A stretch of 64,000 bases of DNA, taken from a cyanobacterium endosymbiont of Rhopalodia gibba. Lineage in GTDB: Bacteria > Cyanobacteriota > Cyanobacteriia > Cyanobacteriales > Microcystaceae. Of this stretch, positions 11,645 to 23,276 are shown piece after piece. Every line of letters starts with the position of its first letter. The stretch's first letter is position 1. The DNA is taken from positions 2,752,001 through 2,816,000 of the forward strand of contig CP067995.1 of assembly GCA_045159875.1 (NCBI GenBank), read 5' to 3'. The position numbers were made by a program, and so were the translations under genes. Below the pieces are notes generated by a model. That model did no database searches and was not told the origin of the DNA. It saw only the letters and a list, made by a program, of their open reading frames with translations.

Positions 11645-12808
11645 ATGCGAATTTTTATCAGTACGGGGGAAGTATCTGGGGATTTACAGGGCTCAATGTT
11701 GGTTGAAGCTCTTTACCAACAAGCCGAAGGTCAAGGTATTCCTTTAGAAATTCTAGCCTTAGGTGGTGATCTCATGGCCCAAGCGGGGGCAAAATTGTTA
11801 GGGAATACCGCCGCCATTGGATCTATTGGTATTGTTGAGTCTCTTCCGTTTATTATTCCCACTTGGCTAATGCAACGTCGAGTTAAACAATATTTACGGC
11901 ACAATCCCCCCGATATTCTTATTCTTATCGATTACATGGGACCTAATTCCGCCTTCGGCCAATATGCTCGCAAGCATTTCCCTGAAGTTCCTATTATCTA
12001 TTACATTGCCCCTCAATCTTGGGTTTGGGCTCCAAATAGTAAAATTATTCAACAGTTCGCTCATATTACTGATCTTCTCTTAGCAATTTTTCCTGAAGAA
12101 GCCCGATTTTTCGCAGAAAAAGGTGTTAAAGCCAAGTGGGTTGGTCATCCCCTACTAGATCGCATAACCAAAGCCCCTAGCCGTGAAGAAGCCCGTCTTA
12201 GCTTAAATATTGACTCCGATCAAACGGTAGTCGCCTTATTTCCTGCTTCCCGTTATCAAGAGTTGAAATATCACCTTCCTCGGATCTGTAAAGCAGCCCA
12301 AAAACTCCAAGAAAAAATTCCTGATCTTCATTTTTTACTCCCTATTTCTCTAAGTGAATATCACGATACCATTAAAACAACAGTTAATGCCTATCAACTT
12401 TCGATTACTTTACTTGAGGGACAAGAAGCTTTAAAGGTAATGGCTGCAGCAGATTTTGCTATCGCTAAATCAGGGACTGTTAATTTAGAATTAGCTTTAC
12501 TTAGAATTCCTCAATTAGTATTATGTTTAGTCAATCCTTTAACTATGTGGATTGCTCGTAATATTTTAAAGTTTTCTATTCCTTTTATGTCTCCTCCAAA
12601 TTTAGTGATGATGGAGGAAATTGTTCCTGAATTATTGCAGGAAGAAGCAACCATAGATCGCATTGTCCAAGAGTCTTTAGAATTGTTACTTAATGCTGAA
12701 CGTCGTCAAAAAACCTTAGCAAATTATGACAAAATGTGTAGTCTCTTAGGAGAGGTGGGGGTATGCAATCGCGTGGCAATGGAAATTTTGGAATATAAAC
12801 AAAAGTAA
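11645..12808 (+). CDS. lpxB: Lipid A disaccharide synthase
   Basis: STGEVSGDL, YYIAPQSWVW, VGHPL, KSGTVNLELA; follows lpxA. Confidence 0.97.
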   Translation: MRIFISTGEVSGDLQGSMLVEALYQQAEGQGIPLEILALGGDLMAQAGAKLLGNTAAIGSIGIVESLPFIIPTWLMQRRVKQYLRHNPPDILILIDYMGPNSAFGQYARKHFPEVPIIYYIAPQSWVWAPNSKIIQQFAHITDLLLAIFPEEARFFAEKGVKAKWVGHPLLDRITKAPSREEARLSLNIDSDQTVVALFPASRYQELKYHLPRICKAAQKLQEKIPDLHFLLPISLSEYHDTIKTTVNAYQLSITLLEGQEALKVMAAADFAIAKSGTVNLELALLRIPQLVLCLVNPLTMWIARNILKFSIPFMSPPNLVMMEEIVPELLQEEATIDRIVQESLELLLNAERRQKTLANYDKMCSLLGEVGVCNRVAMEILEYKQK

Positions 12809-13621
12809 CTAAGGATTTTATGAGTATTTTAAATACCAAAAATACGAAAAATTGCTGTTTGTTCTGAAAATCATTACTAATACAATTAAAGACTTTTTTA
12901 TTATTTGTGCATGATCTTTCAATTAGTCATACTAAAAGAAATAACAGAATAGGATAAACAATAGAAATAATTTCCATGACCATCAAAACCTATATTAACT
13001 TAGTAGTTATTTCAGTTTATTCTATTTGTTGGTCAGAAAATATCTTAAGTTACAGTTTTTAGTCTTTTCAATTTAAGAACATTAAACGGCTTTCAATTGA
13101 TTTACTTAAATAAAAATTATTTCCTTATTATTTTCTTACTATTGGGATTAATTTATATTTATTAAACTTAAATTTTATATAAAACTAAAAAATATAAATA
13201 AAAAGTTTAATTATCAATTGTAAGCTGATTCAAAGATCTAATTAGTATAAATAATACTAATATTAATTAGTCAGGTTATATTTGGATATAAAAATATGTT
13301 AGGTAAATATTTTTACTTAATTTATACTTATAAGATCAAATGCTTAACTCAGTTTAATGAATAAATTTAAAAATTTATAAGTATTTACCATTACCTATTA
13401 TCAGCTTTTAAATGATATAGAGATAGTTGTATTTATTATAGCCTAATCACCAATAAACTTAATTAAAATTAATAAATTAATTATTATAAATTTGCTTTAA
13501 ATAAACGTAATTCTTTCTATCTAACTATTTAATGATAAATTTGCTAATCGAAAAAGAATTAAAACCTTAACTTAAACATAAGTAGAAAACGTTGCTAATT
13601 TCTTTAAAAAGATACTAGTCC

Positions 13622-13729
13622 TAAGAAAGAATTAGAATTCTTTCTTAAGAGAACTAAGAGTAAGCAATAGAAAAATTTAAATTATCTAGATGTTATTAAA
13701 AATATTATCTGTCATTTTTAATGACATCT
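13622..13729. repeat. Two hairpins (12-bp arms at 13622-13647; 16-bp arms at 13688-13729)
   Basis: taagaaagaatt..aattctttctta; agatgttattaaaaat..atttttaatgacatct. Confidence 0.7.
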
Positions 13730-14327
13730 TAAATAGATATTAAGTTTTTAAAAAAACTCTCATTAAAGGAGAAAGTAGTTGAATAAATTCTCAAAATTAT
13801 TCGTATTTTTCTGAAAAAACCTAGAAAAAACAATAAATAACAGTAAAAATAAAAAGTAATATACATAACTAAAAAACTAGAAAATCTAAAATATTAAAAA
13901 TTAAGAGGTAGATAAAGTTTAAAAATGCTGCATAGACAAAGAGACAAATACGATAATTATTTTTGATAATGACTTAGTGTATAAAAGTAATTTAGTTAAA
14001 GCTAAATTAAAATAATTACATTAAATAAAATACAATAAAATCACTACGAATATATTTAAATATGAATTTTGTATGATGAAAAAAATAAAACCTAGTAATC
14101 ATTGACTACAGAAAATATAAGTGCAATTTATATAAATTTGACTCAAATTATTTAAATATATAAATATTAGAATATTTTTGTATTTATCCATCGGTACCCA
14201 AAACACATTAAAATTTGCAGTTAATTCTTCTGAAGATAACAAGTTATTTTAACTATTAAATTAATTCGCTATTTAGAATAGCTACCCGATAAGATTTTAA
14301 TTTATTTTAAAGATAAATTTATTCAAA

Positions 14328-15254
14328 GTAAAAGCCTTTTCGGCTTCTGCTCTAGTCTTCTATAGTCAAGAAAATTTTAAATAAAGTCAATGTTAAAAAA
14401 TAATTGTAGGTAAATAAAAAGTATTTTTTACTATTCAAGACAGATATAAAAACAATAAGTATTAAGAAATATTATTGATTAATTATTTAGATGTTAAAAA
14501 CAAGACACTAGTATTAGTCGGTAGAATATTGTATTGGCTAATAGTAATTAATTGATAAAAAATTAAATAATATCAAGTTTTTTTTAAAAAAAAGTAAGTA
14601 AATAATAGAAAGATGTCTTAAATCTTTTATTGATGTCTTTCTATTGTCAAGAATTATAAATTAGTTTGACATAAATAACTTGTATATCGTGTTATAAGCA
14701 ATGTACTTTTCTTTGCTTTATATAAAAGAACAATTCTAATTGAAAAGCTTTTTTACAGTTGATTTATGAATCAAACTAAACGAAATTAAAGAACCATCTA
14801 AAAAAGCTAATAGAATTTAGTTAAATGTTTTTGCCGTAGCCAATAATAATAATTTTTATTTGAATAAATTAAAGCAAAAAAATAAAAATAGATATTTACG
14901 CTAAAGCCATAAAAACTAGTATTGATATTAATTAGCCAGATAATTAGTAGGATATTTATAAATTGTTTTTTTGGATGTTATTAAGCAATAGAAAGTATAA
15001 CAATATTTTTTCATGGACTGGCAAAATTTTATTTAATTGAGGCATTATTACTTAATATATTAGAACAATATTTTTCATGTTTTAACTATCTCAAAAACTA
15101 TTGGGCAAAAATAAAATAAAATTTATAAATTTAAGAATTCCAGAATTTTCGAGATATCAATCAGGCGATTAGTTTAATAACTGATGAAGACATAATTGCC
15201 TGATTCACCCACGGCTGTTATTACGAGCCACCCAATTTAAAATCGTTATGTATA
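14328..15254 (+). mobile_element. Highly degraded IS630-family element (copy 2)
   Basis: 15185-15249 is homologous to 10503-10567 (TDEDIIA*FTHGCYY); candidate start VKAFS at 14328 gives similar spacing to copy 1; the 5' boundary is uncertain. Confidence 0.6.
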
Positions 15255-15675
15255 ACAAATATATGAAAATATTGTAATCAGTTTGTAAGGTTTACATAGA
15301 GTAAAACGTTTCACTACTTAATTTATAAATAAAATTAAATTCTGATTAAAAGATAGGAAAAAACTGGAACCCAATAGCCCCAAGAATAAAAGTTACCATA
15401 GCAACAATGATGTCATTGAACCTGAGAGGAGACTTCCAAATACCTTCTATATCTACAAGTAGAGTAGTAATAAAGCAGGTAACAGTAACGACTAATATAA
15501 AAATTATTAATAGGCTAAACCGACCAATGCAAAATTGATTATACTTAATTATTTCTAAATAACAAAGATATATTTAAGGATATCTTGAGTAAGAAACTTC
15601 TTATTCGCTTGTTTAAAAGATCCAAGAACATTTACAATTACAATAAGTCTATTTTTTTAGATTTAAGTATTTACC

Positions 15676-16569
15676 ATGGAAATTCCTCTTTTAAATATTG
15701 ATTATGCTTCTTTTAAGATTATTTTAAAAGATTTATCTATTCAACAACAATTACAAAAACAATTATCACGCTTATTAAGCAATTCACAACTCTTTAATGA
15801 GTCCTCATTTAATTTACCTCAGAAAACTTTAACTGTCTCCCGTTTACCCCATCCTACTCCGATTACTTATCGTTGTGCGATAGCCATGCAACTGTCAAGT
15901 CAGCTGTCTCTATCTCCTATTGAGATTGCCCAACAGGTATTTTCTGTGTTGAAAACTCAATCTAATCTTGACGATCAAAAATTTTCCCAATCAACATTGA
16001 GAATGAAACTCATTCACCCAGGGTGGTTAGATTTTGAGGTGAGCGATCATACTCTTGTCCTTTGGTTCCAATTGTTAGGACAAAAGATATTTCCCCAACC
16101 TAATTTACCTAAAAAATTAGGAAAAGCTGACAATTTCTTTCTTATTGAATATACTTATGCGCGGTGTTGTTCTTTGTTACGTCTAGGGGAGACAGAGGGA
16201 TTAATTGCTTTTCAATCAGAGGCTTTGGGCGATTTAACATTGCCTTGGAAAGCTCCCGATCCTATTCCCTGGCTAAAAGATACTTATCAATTACGGCTTA
16301 CCCATCGAGCCGCCTTAGCCCTCATTAATCAAGTGGTTATCACCGTTGATCGGTCAGTTAACAATCCTTCAGTAACCTGGAATAAGCTTGGATCTCAATT
16401 AAGCGAATCTATTTTAGATTTTGAACGTAATTGCCGAATTTTTGGAGATTTGGCTCAAAATAATCTCCAATTATCTCAAGCTCGATTAGGATTAATTGCT
16501 ATAAGTCAGCATATATTAAAATGGCTGTGGTACGGTCACTTCGGAAACTTTCCAAGAGCTCAATTGTAA
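15676..16569 (+). CDS. DALR anticodon-binding domain protein (ArgRS-like, no catalytic domain)
   Basis: PGWLDF ArgRS N-terminal-like motif; EYTYARCCSLLR and QARLGLI DALR motifs; no HIGH/KMSKS. Confidence 0.85.
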   Translation: MEIPLLNIDYASFKIILKDLSIQQQLQKQLSRLLSNSQLFNESSFNLPQKTLTVSRLPHPTPITYRCAIAMQLSSQLSLSPIEIAQQVFSVLKTQSNLDDQKFSQSTLRMKLIHPGWLDFEVSDHTLVLWFQLLGQKIFPQPNLPKKLGKADNFFLIEYTYARCCSLLRLGETEGLIAFQSEALGDLTLPWKAPDPIPWLKDTYQLRLTHRAALALINQVVITVDRSVNNPSVTWNKLGSQLSESILDFERNCRIFGDLAQNNLQLSQARLGLIAISQHILKWLWYGHFGNFPRAQL

Positions 16570-16629
16570 TTGGTAACGCAGAAATCGAAAATTTTTCTTA
16601 AGGATAGTGAGAAATCCCTGTGAGTCATA

Positions 16630-16635
16630 TATACT
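16630..16635 (+). promoter_or_regulatory. -10 element (TATACT) of the Yfr2-like sRNA
   Basis: TATACT about 7 nt before the AGTGTGAGGAG 5' end. Confidence 0.55.
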
Positions 16636-16641
16636 TTTACC

Positions 16642-16705
16642 AGTGTGAGGAGCGAACCAAAAAGAGAGCCAAGACGAAACACGGAAAGTCGTTGGCTCTC
16701 TTTCT
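16642..16705 (+). ncRNA. yfr2: Yfr2-family cyanobacterial small RNA
   Basis: 5' GTGTGAGGAG motif, then stem AAAGAGAGCCAA-GAC / GTC-G-TTGGCTCTCTTT with loop GAAACACGGAAA. Confidence 0.75.
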
Positions 16706-16779
16706 AATTTCTGGGTACATAATAGTGACTAAAAATCTAAGAGGCAATATCACAATTTAATTTTCTAACTTCGAAATGA

Positions 16780-17480
16780 CGAAATTTAGTTGGAACTAGA
16801 TTTATAAAACTTCGGTTTTAGTTATAAAATCTACCGTCTACAATAGCAAATGAACTCCCTTATTCGACAAGATGTCAGACTTATCGAATCAAGATTGAAT
16901 CACCAGTTCTACCCAACTTGCACCGAGGTTCTTATAGCGTAATAGTGAGGAATCACTGGCATCGAGAGTAACTCAAGAAGTAAATCGGTTTGGAAATCTA
17001 CCATCATATTGTCAATCGTTCTGATAACTAGACTGTTTTTCGTTGATTTTATGTAAGCAATGCTATCGTATCCCATTTTTTTATTCTCATTACTCGGAGA
17101 TGATGTTGTGCTGACAATATATCAAGCTAGTCCGGAGGAACTACTAGATAAAAAAGTTACAAACGATCCATAATTGTGTAAATATAAAAAGTCATCAATA
17201 CGATTATTCTCTGCTGGACCAGCATTCATAAAATAAAGATTGTTGTAGAGGACTTAGTCTAAATCATGTTCGTTTTGAGAAGTATAAACCGAAATTTTAA
17301 TCTTCTCTTTGATTGATGTTTTAATCTACAACCCACATATCTACAGAACCAATTCCCCAATTTATTTCTTATATCCACCTACTTACAAGACTGTAAGAGT
17401 GATTGGAAAGAATCATGTCGTTATATATTGCTGTGTTTAACTCAGTTAAATCATCATAGATATATAGTTTTTGATGAACT
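16780..17480 (-). pseudogene. Degraded unidentified gene
   Basis: Minus-strand frame reads SYQND*QYDGRFPNRFTS*VTLDASDSSLLRYKNLGASWVELVIQS*FD, with stops at Trp-like positions. Confidence 0.5.
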
Positions 17481-17604
17481 TAGAGTAGAATCGAAGCCGA
17501 TCAGAAAAAAATTTAGAGTCCCATTGGGAAAAAACTAACTGCTATAGTAAGTCAAGATCATGAATAGGAAAACCCTTATGGAATTAAATTTCAAGAGTGA
17601 ATAC

Positions 17605-17667
17605 AAAATATCTTATTTCTACTAGAAAATCATTTTGCATGATCTTCTAGTAGAAATAAGATATTTT
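17605..17667. repeat. Hairpin, 29-bp arms, 1 mismatch, 5-nt loop
   Basis: aaaatatcttatttctactagaaaatcat TTTGC atgatcttctagtagaaataagatatttt. Confidence 0.95.
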
Positions 17668-18798
17668 ATTCAGAAATTGCTAGTAAATATTTACCAGCTT
17701 ACTTTCTAGAACTAGAGCTTCTAGAAAGATGATAGATGTTAGTAGATTAGCATTAAGTTAATGAGTATTTTGCAATAATTGATAAAATCAACAAAGTATT
17801 TCTGGGTCATCATGACATCCTCAGTTAAATAAAAGAAGAAATCACAGAAAATTTAACTTGTTATTATTTAGTTATATTTTTTAGCGGAGTATGGCAATCA
17901 GATTGAATATCATATCTTATCCCGCAAGTATTAAAAAATATTTAACTAGAAGTTATATATTCAAGAATTAACTTAGATATAGTTTCTTGAAAAATATAAG
18001 GTAATCGTTAAAATCAAAAAGAAGAAATCATTATAATAGGAAATAGCTATCATAACTCTTGCCAAAAAATTAACGTTTCAATCTAATTCATATCTCCATA
18101 CTTGGTATTTAATCGCTAAATCTGAATATTCATAGTGTAATCGTTTGCCAAAATTTTCAAGAATTTATCTCATTATCAGGAATTAGATGTGATGATATTA
18201 GTAGCTAAACATCGATAAATTTCAATCCAGAAAAGAAGTATTAGTTGATTAATAGCTATTGTTTAATTCTATATGTTGATACTACAAAAAAAACAAAACT
18301 TCAATCAATTAAATTTAGTAAAAATATATTTTTTTAATTCCATAAAACTAATTATATTCTTAAATATTGCTAGTCAGATACTCAAGTAATTATGTGTAAT
18401 TAATAAATTGTTATTTAGTCAATAAATGATATTTCTAACTCACTCACCTAGTAACTTATGAGTTTTCATTAAGTGAGGAATAATGAAGCATAGGGAATTA
18501 ATTAATAATTCAGTTTAAAGCTAAAAAGAATTTATTTTTGAGATTACCACGACTCTATTTTAGATCATTTAAACTAAAATTTGAACTCCCGACTTCCTAA
18601 GATATTTAGTCATTGTTGAACAATTTTAAGTTACCATAACATATAGTCATTGCTTTATATATTCTAAAAACTGCATACTTAATGCAACTTGTAAATGTGT
18701 AACTCTCTAATACTATAGCCATTAATTTTAAAAATTATTAATGTTTGCTACAATTTGGCTAAATTTTTGCCATCACATCAGTAGGTAGTATAAATTAT

Positions 18799-20139
18799 AT
18801 GCTTTCTTCTCGACAGGAAATTCATCTTCAACAAGCCCATACTAGCCTTAAACATACTTTATCTTGGTATGGAAGTTTTCGTCGTCATTGGAATTATCCC
18901 CCTGATCCTGAACTCCAAGCTGCTGTCCGTAAAGATTTACAAATCCTCAAAGGAGCTTTAGATAAACTCGAACAAAATGTCATTAGAATTGCGACTTTTG
19001 GTCTAGTCAGTCGCGGTAAGTCTGCTGTTATTAATGCTTTGATTGGACAAAGACTCCTCGATACAGGTCCCTTGCATGGGGTGACTCAGTGGCCAAAATC
19101 TGTTCGTTGGACACCTCCCGGCGGTAAAGTTCATGTAGAATTTATTGATACCCCTGGACTAGATGAGATTGAAGGAAAAACTAGGGCAAATATGGCTAGA
19201 GAAGTAGCATATCAAGCTGACTTAATTCTGTTTGTGGTAGCGGGAGATATTACTCGTACTGAATATGAAGCATTAGAGGAACTGCAACGTAATCAAAAGC
19301 CCTTAATTTTAGTGTTCAATAAAATCGATCTTTATCCCTACCAAGATTCTCAAGAAATTTATCAACAATTACAAGCAATAAAAACAGACAACCAAAACCC
19401 TATTCTTTCCCCCGAAGAAATTGTTAGGGTAGCGGCTGAACCCCAATCTATTCTTGTCAAGGTTAAATATCCTGATGGGAAAGTAACAGAAGAATGGGAA
19501 ACGTCATCTCCTCAAGTGGAGGAGTTACGCCAAAAAATATTAACTGTTCTGAATCAAGAAGGGCGATCATTGTTATCTTTAAATGTATTAATACAAGCAA
19601 AAGAAGCAGAAGAGAATATTGCAAAAAAGACTCTAAAAATACGTCAAAAAGAAGCAGAGACTATTATTTGGAATTTTACTAAATCTAAAGCCCTAGCTGT
19701 TGCAATTAATCCCGTTGGCTTTTTAGATATCATTGGAGGAGCGATAACTGATTTAGCTTTAATTCGAGCTTTAGCTCGATTGTATGGACTTCCTATTACC
19801 AGTTATGAGGCTGGAAAACTTTGGAAAAAAATTCTTGTTAGTTCAGGAGGATTATTGTTAGGAGAACTGACCACGTTATTCATTTTGGGAGTTGGAAAAA
19901 GTACTCTTGCTGCCGTCAGTTTTCTTGAAAGTCCAGCCGCATTAATGACGTATGGAAGTACCGTTACGATGCAGGGAGTAATTGCCGGATATTATGCTTA
20001 CATTGTTGGGAAAGCGGCTCAAGAATATTTAGAGAAAGGCTGTAGTTGGAGTCCGGTAGGTCCAAGTACCATTATCCAGAATATTATTAATGAAGTTGAT
20101 ACTCATACTCTGATTTATCGTTTACGAGAAAAATCATAG
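18799..20139 (+). CDS. Era-like GTP-binding protein with C-terminal DUF697/YcjF-like domain
   Basis: GLVSRGKS (G1), DTPG (G3), NKID (G4); hydrophobic C-terminal domain. Confidence 0.9.
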   Translation: MLSSRQEIHLQQAHTSLKHTLSWYGSFRRHWNYPPDPELQAAVRKDLQILKGALDKLEQNVIRIATFGLVSRGKSAVINALIGQRLLDTGPLHGVTQWPKSVRWTPPGGKVHVEFIDTPGLDEIEGKTRANMAREVAYQADLILFVVAGDITRTEYEALEELQRNQKPLILVFNKIDLYPYQDSQEIYQQLQAIKTDNQNPILSPEEIVRVAAEPQSILVKVKYPDGKVTEEWETSSPQVEELRQKILTVLNQEGRSLLSLNVLIQAKEAEENIAKKTLKIRQKEAETIIWNFTKSKALAVAINPVGFLDIIGGAITDLALIRALARLYGLPITSYEAGKLWKKILVSSGGLLLGELTTLFILGVGKSTLAAVSFLESPAALMTYGSTVTMQGVIAGYYAYIVGKAAQEYLEKGCSWSPVGPSTIIQNIINEVDTHTLIYRLREKS

Positions 20140-20782
20140 AGATTCAAAATTAAATATTTCTTCATTATAGTAAAAACTATAATATAAAAATTTATCTTTT
20201 AAAAAATATTCATTATGAACATGGTAAGTTAATTTATTTACCAATAACTCTTTTTTGAAATCGCACAGATCGTTTTATAAAAAAAACAAAATTTTCACTA
20301 CCGATCAAATAGTTAAGACCAACTTTATAGTCAATAGCAACTTTCCTTAATTCAAATATCGTCACGTCTTCAAATTTCTAAAGTTAGTTCTTTTGAATTA
20401 ATTACAGCCAATAAATTTAACCATACATATTGTTTAAATCATTTTGCTAAAGTATTTTAAGTTCAGAGTATCAGTTCAGTTGAATCTTCAAGTAAAAGAT
20501 ATTGTTTTTATTCTTTACATTTAGATTGTAGTAATTTTTCTTTATTATTGAACTTCATATTTTTGGTAATTGAAAGACTAGATTAATTATTGATGATCTA
20601 AAATAATTATCAAAAATTTTACTGCAATTCAAAAAATTATTAACTCAAAGATATTGGTCATATAAACGGTTAGAATAAGTAAAATTTTCTTTCTTTCTAT
20701 TATTACTGATAAAACTTTTATAAAAAAATCGTAAGATTACAATAGTAATTAGGAACGGTAAGCTATCAATATATAACTTATC

Positions 20783-21349
20783 TTATTGCTCTGGAATAGA
20801 AAATAAAACACGAGGAAAATCTTCAGCTTCGAGACATTTATTTAATGCTTTAATGGGAGTTATGTCAGGTAAATTTCGATTAACTGCAATGACACATTCT
20901 GAATAATACCCTGGACGTAAACTTGATCGACAGGAAGTCAAAAGGGTTAACAAAGAAGGTTCTTTTAAAGTAGTTAGCCGGTTTTCAGTAGATGTTGAAG
21001 AAAGATTAGGAATTGCATTATAAATATCAGCCACACAGTGACCTAAATCAATAGGTCGTCTCACTTGATAACAAGCACTAAGGGCATCATCCCCTTCAAT
21101 AGGAGTAGCTCTATAAATCATAGTTACACATTGGGATAATTCTTTAGGAATCAGTGCATCGGAACAGGCTAATGCAGCTTTATCTGGTTCAACCCCATAT
21201 TGGGCAATTTCAGTTATACAAACATCGAATTGATTCCAATCTGCATTTTCAGCAATGACGGGTAGAGACGAAATCTTGGGAATCAATAAACTCATGGGAA
21301 TCAGAGCCATAGTAGTCAAAAGCTGTAGGCGTGCAGGTAATATGATCAT
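20783..21349 (-). CDS. Hypothetical secreted Cys-rich protein
   Basis: Signal-like N-terminus; repeated C..(L/R).P..L..CV motif. Confidence 0.8.
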   Translation of the reverse strand: MIILPARLQLLTTMALIPMSLLIPKISSLPVIAENADWNQFDVCITEIAQYGVEPDKAALACSDALIPKELSQCVTMIYRATPIEGDDALSACYQVRRPIDLGHCVADIYNAIPNLSSTSTENRLTTLKEPSLLTLLTSCRSSLRPGYYSECVIAVNRNLPDITPIKALNKCLEAEDFPRVLFSIPEQ

Positions 21350-21701
21350 TGAAGTTCAAACTATAATTACCGATAAAATTCATAAATCACCTCGGATCTT
21401 AGACATAGATACTGAAAAAAATCAAGTTAATTTATAATAGGTAATTAATTTTACCTTCTTACTTGGTATACACTTTCAACTCACTCTTATGAACAAACTA
21501 TGGAATTACAGAATAACACACAGAGTATATTGAATTATACAGCTCGTTTATTAACTAGAACAAAACAAGAAAAAACTATTAGGGTTACTAAACGGTTTAA
21601 AGTTATTGGGGGACGTTTTGGCGTAATTCTCCCCAGTCCTTTGATGAGAGCTTTTTAAACTGTAAAAATTTTTCAATAAGTCGAACTAAATGATAGTCAT
21701 A

Positions 21702-21752
21702 GAAGTTATTCAACTGCTCTCTTTGAGTCCTGGTTAGTAGTTGAATAACTTC
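21702..21752. repeat. Hairpin, 17-bp arms, 1 mismatch
   Basis: gaagttattcaactgct ... agtagttgaataacttc. Confidence 0.85.
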
Positions 21753-23276
21753 CTAGCATAGATAAGAAAGCCATCTTGCTTTAGTTGTTTATAAACCAAA
21801 TTAAGGTAGTTTAACTCAAAGTTCAGTTTAAAAATTATCAAGATAAACTACTTTTTAAGAAGTAAAAATTAGTTGCTTTAAGTTTTCCTTGAAAACAACT
21901 TCAATTGGTGGGAGTGAATTGTTTTTATTAACTATTACCAAATATTCAGTTTAACTGGAGTAATTCCATTAAATATGTAAATATAAAGTATTGAGCTTAT
22001 GTTTTATTTTGTTGTATTTTTCATTTTTATGTAGAAAATTAAAGAAGAGTAGATTTTCGTTAGCAATTATAATATTCCACCGATGATCTATAGTGTAAAA
22101 TTGGCAATTAGTTAAATTTAATGATATGGTAGATGTCTTAGCAGTAGAAAGTTTATTTAAGGTTAAAGTCCAGACGATAGATTTGACTCAGGCGCAATCT
22201 AAGGTTTTAAAAAAGTAATTAAAGACAAAAAATATACAATTTTTAGTATTTCTGTTAAAGTTTAATTTTTGCATTTTCTCCTAAAATACTTGTGTTCATA
22301 TTAAAATCATCAATGGTATCTTTAGTTACACAGTTGGCGTGAAAGATAATATTTATTTCTTGTTACTCCTTTATCAAAAATTTTTAAAAAAATAAGGCTA
22401 ACAGCCACTAAACAATATAAATAAAGAATTATTTATAATTAATAATTTCCTTAAAAACCTTCAATGAATTAAAAATAAAAAAAAATTAAGGCTATGATTA
22501 TTCTTAAGACTATTTTTTGCGGAACTAACATTATAAGAATACACAAGGTGGGTTATCTAAAATTAGGTGTTATAAGTTATCAGGTAAAATAATAGATTAA
22601 TAACCCTATCATTCTAAATATATCAAAATCAGTTAAGTTATGAACTTATTCTAAATAGATTTAATTTGATGATTTTTATTTTTTAATTAAGTAGTTTTAA
22701 AGAAATAAAAAATAGATAAAAAATGCTACTAGCTAAAAATTTTATTATAAAACTTAATAGAATAAATAGTTTAGAAATTAAATACTAAGTAAAATCATCA
22801 AAATATATAAAAAAATAAAAATTTTTAGATAATTTTTTAAAAAAAGAGAAGTATTATTAGAATTTTTTAAAAAAATAGAAAATTTTAAAATACAGAGTTA
22901 GATATTGCGTACTATTCAAAAATATTTCAAGTATTTTTTGTACTACAAAGCTTGTACAACTTAATCGATTTACTTATGCTTGGAGCGTTGGACTAAATTA
23001 AACTTTTTGAGAAAAATTTATAACCCAAAGTCTTAAAAGTTTTTTCAATAAGGTCTTAAGACTATCTAACATAAATTTTTATAGGAGCCACTACACTTAA
23101 ATCACTGTAAAATTAGTTAGTCAAGACTTTAGATAAACTTCCTGATTATGGAATCTGATTTAGTTTAAATTTTTCAAGGAGTTCAGTCCCTTTAGGAGAG
23201 ATCGTGAATTTATTTTAAATATAGATCCATTAGTCTTAAACTTAAGAATATTTCTTCTATTTCCCATTGGCAAATA

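Noticed and set aside
15360..15530. Hydrophobic minus-strand frame (NNFILVVTVTCFITTLLVDIEGIWKSLL...)
   Set aside because: No clear start and no family recognised; may be a remnant but cannot be supported
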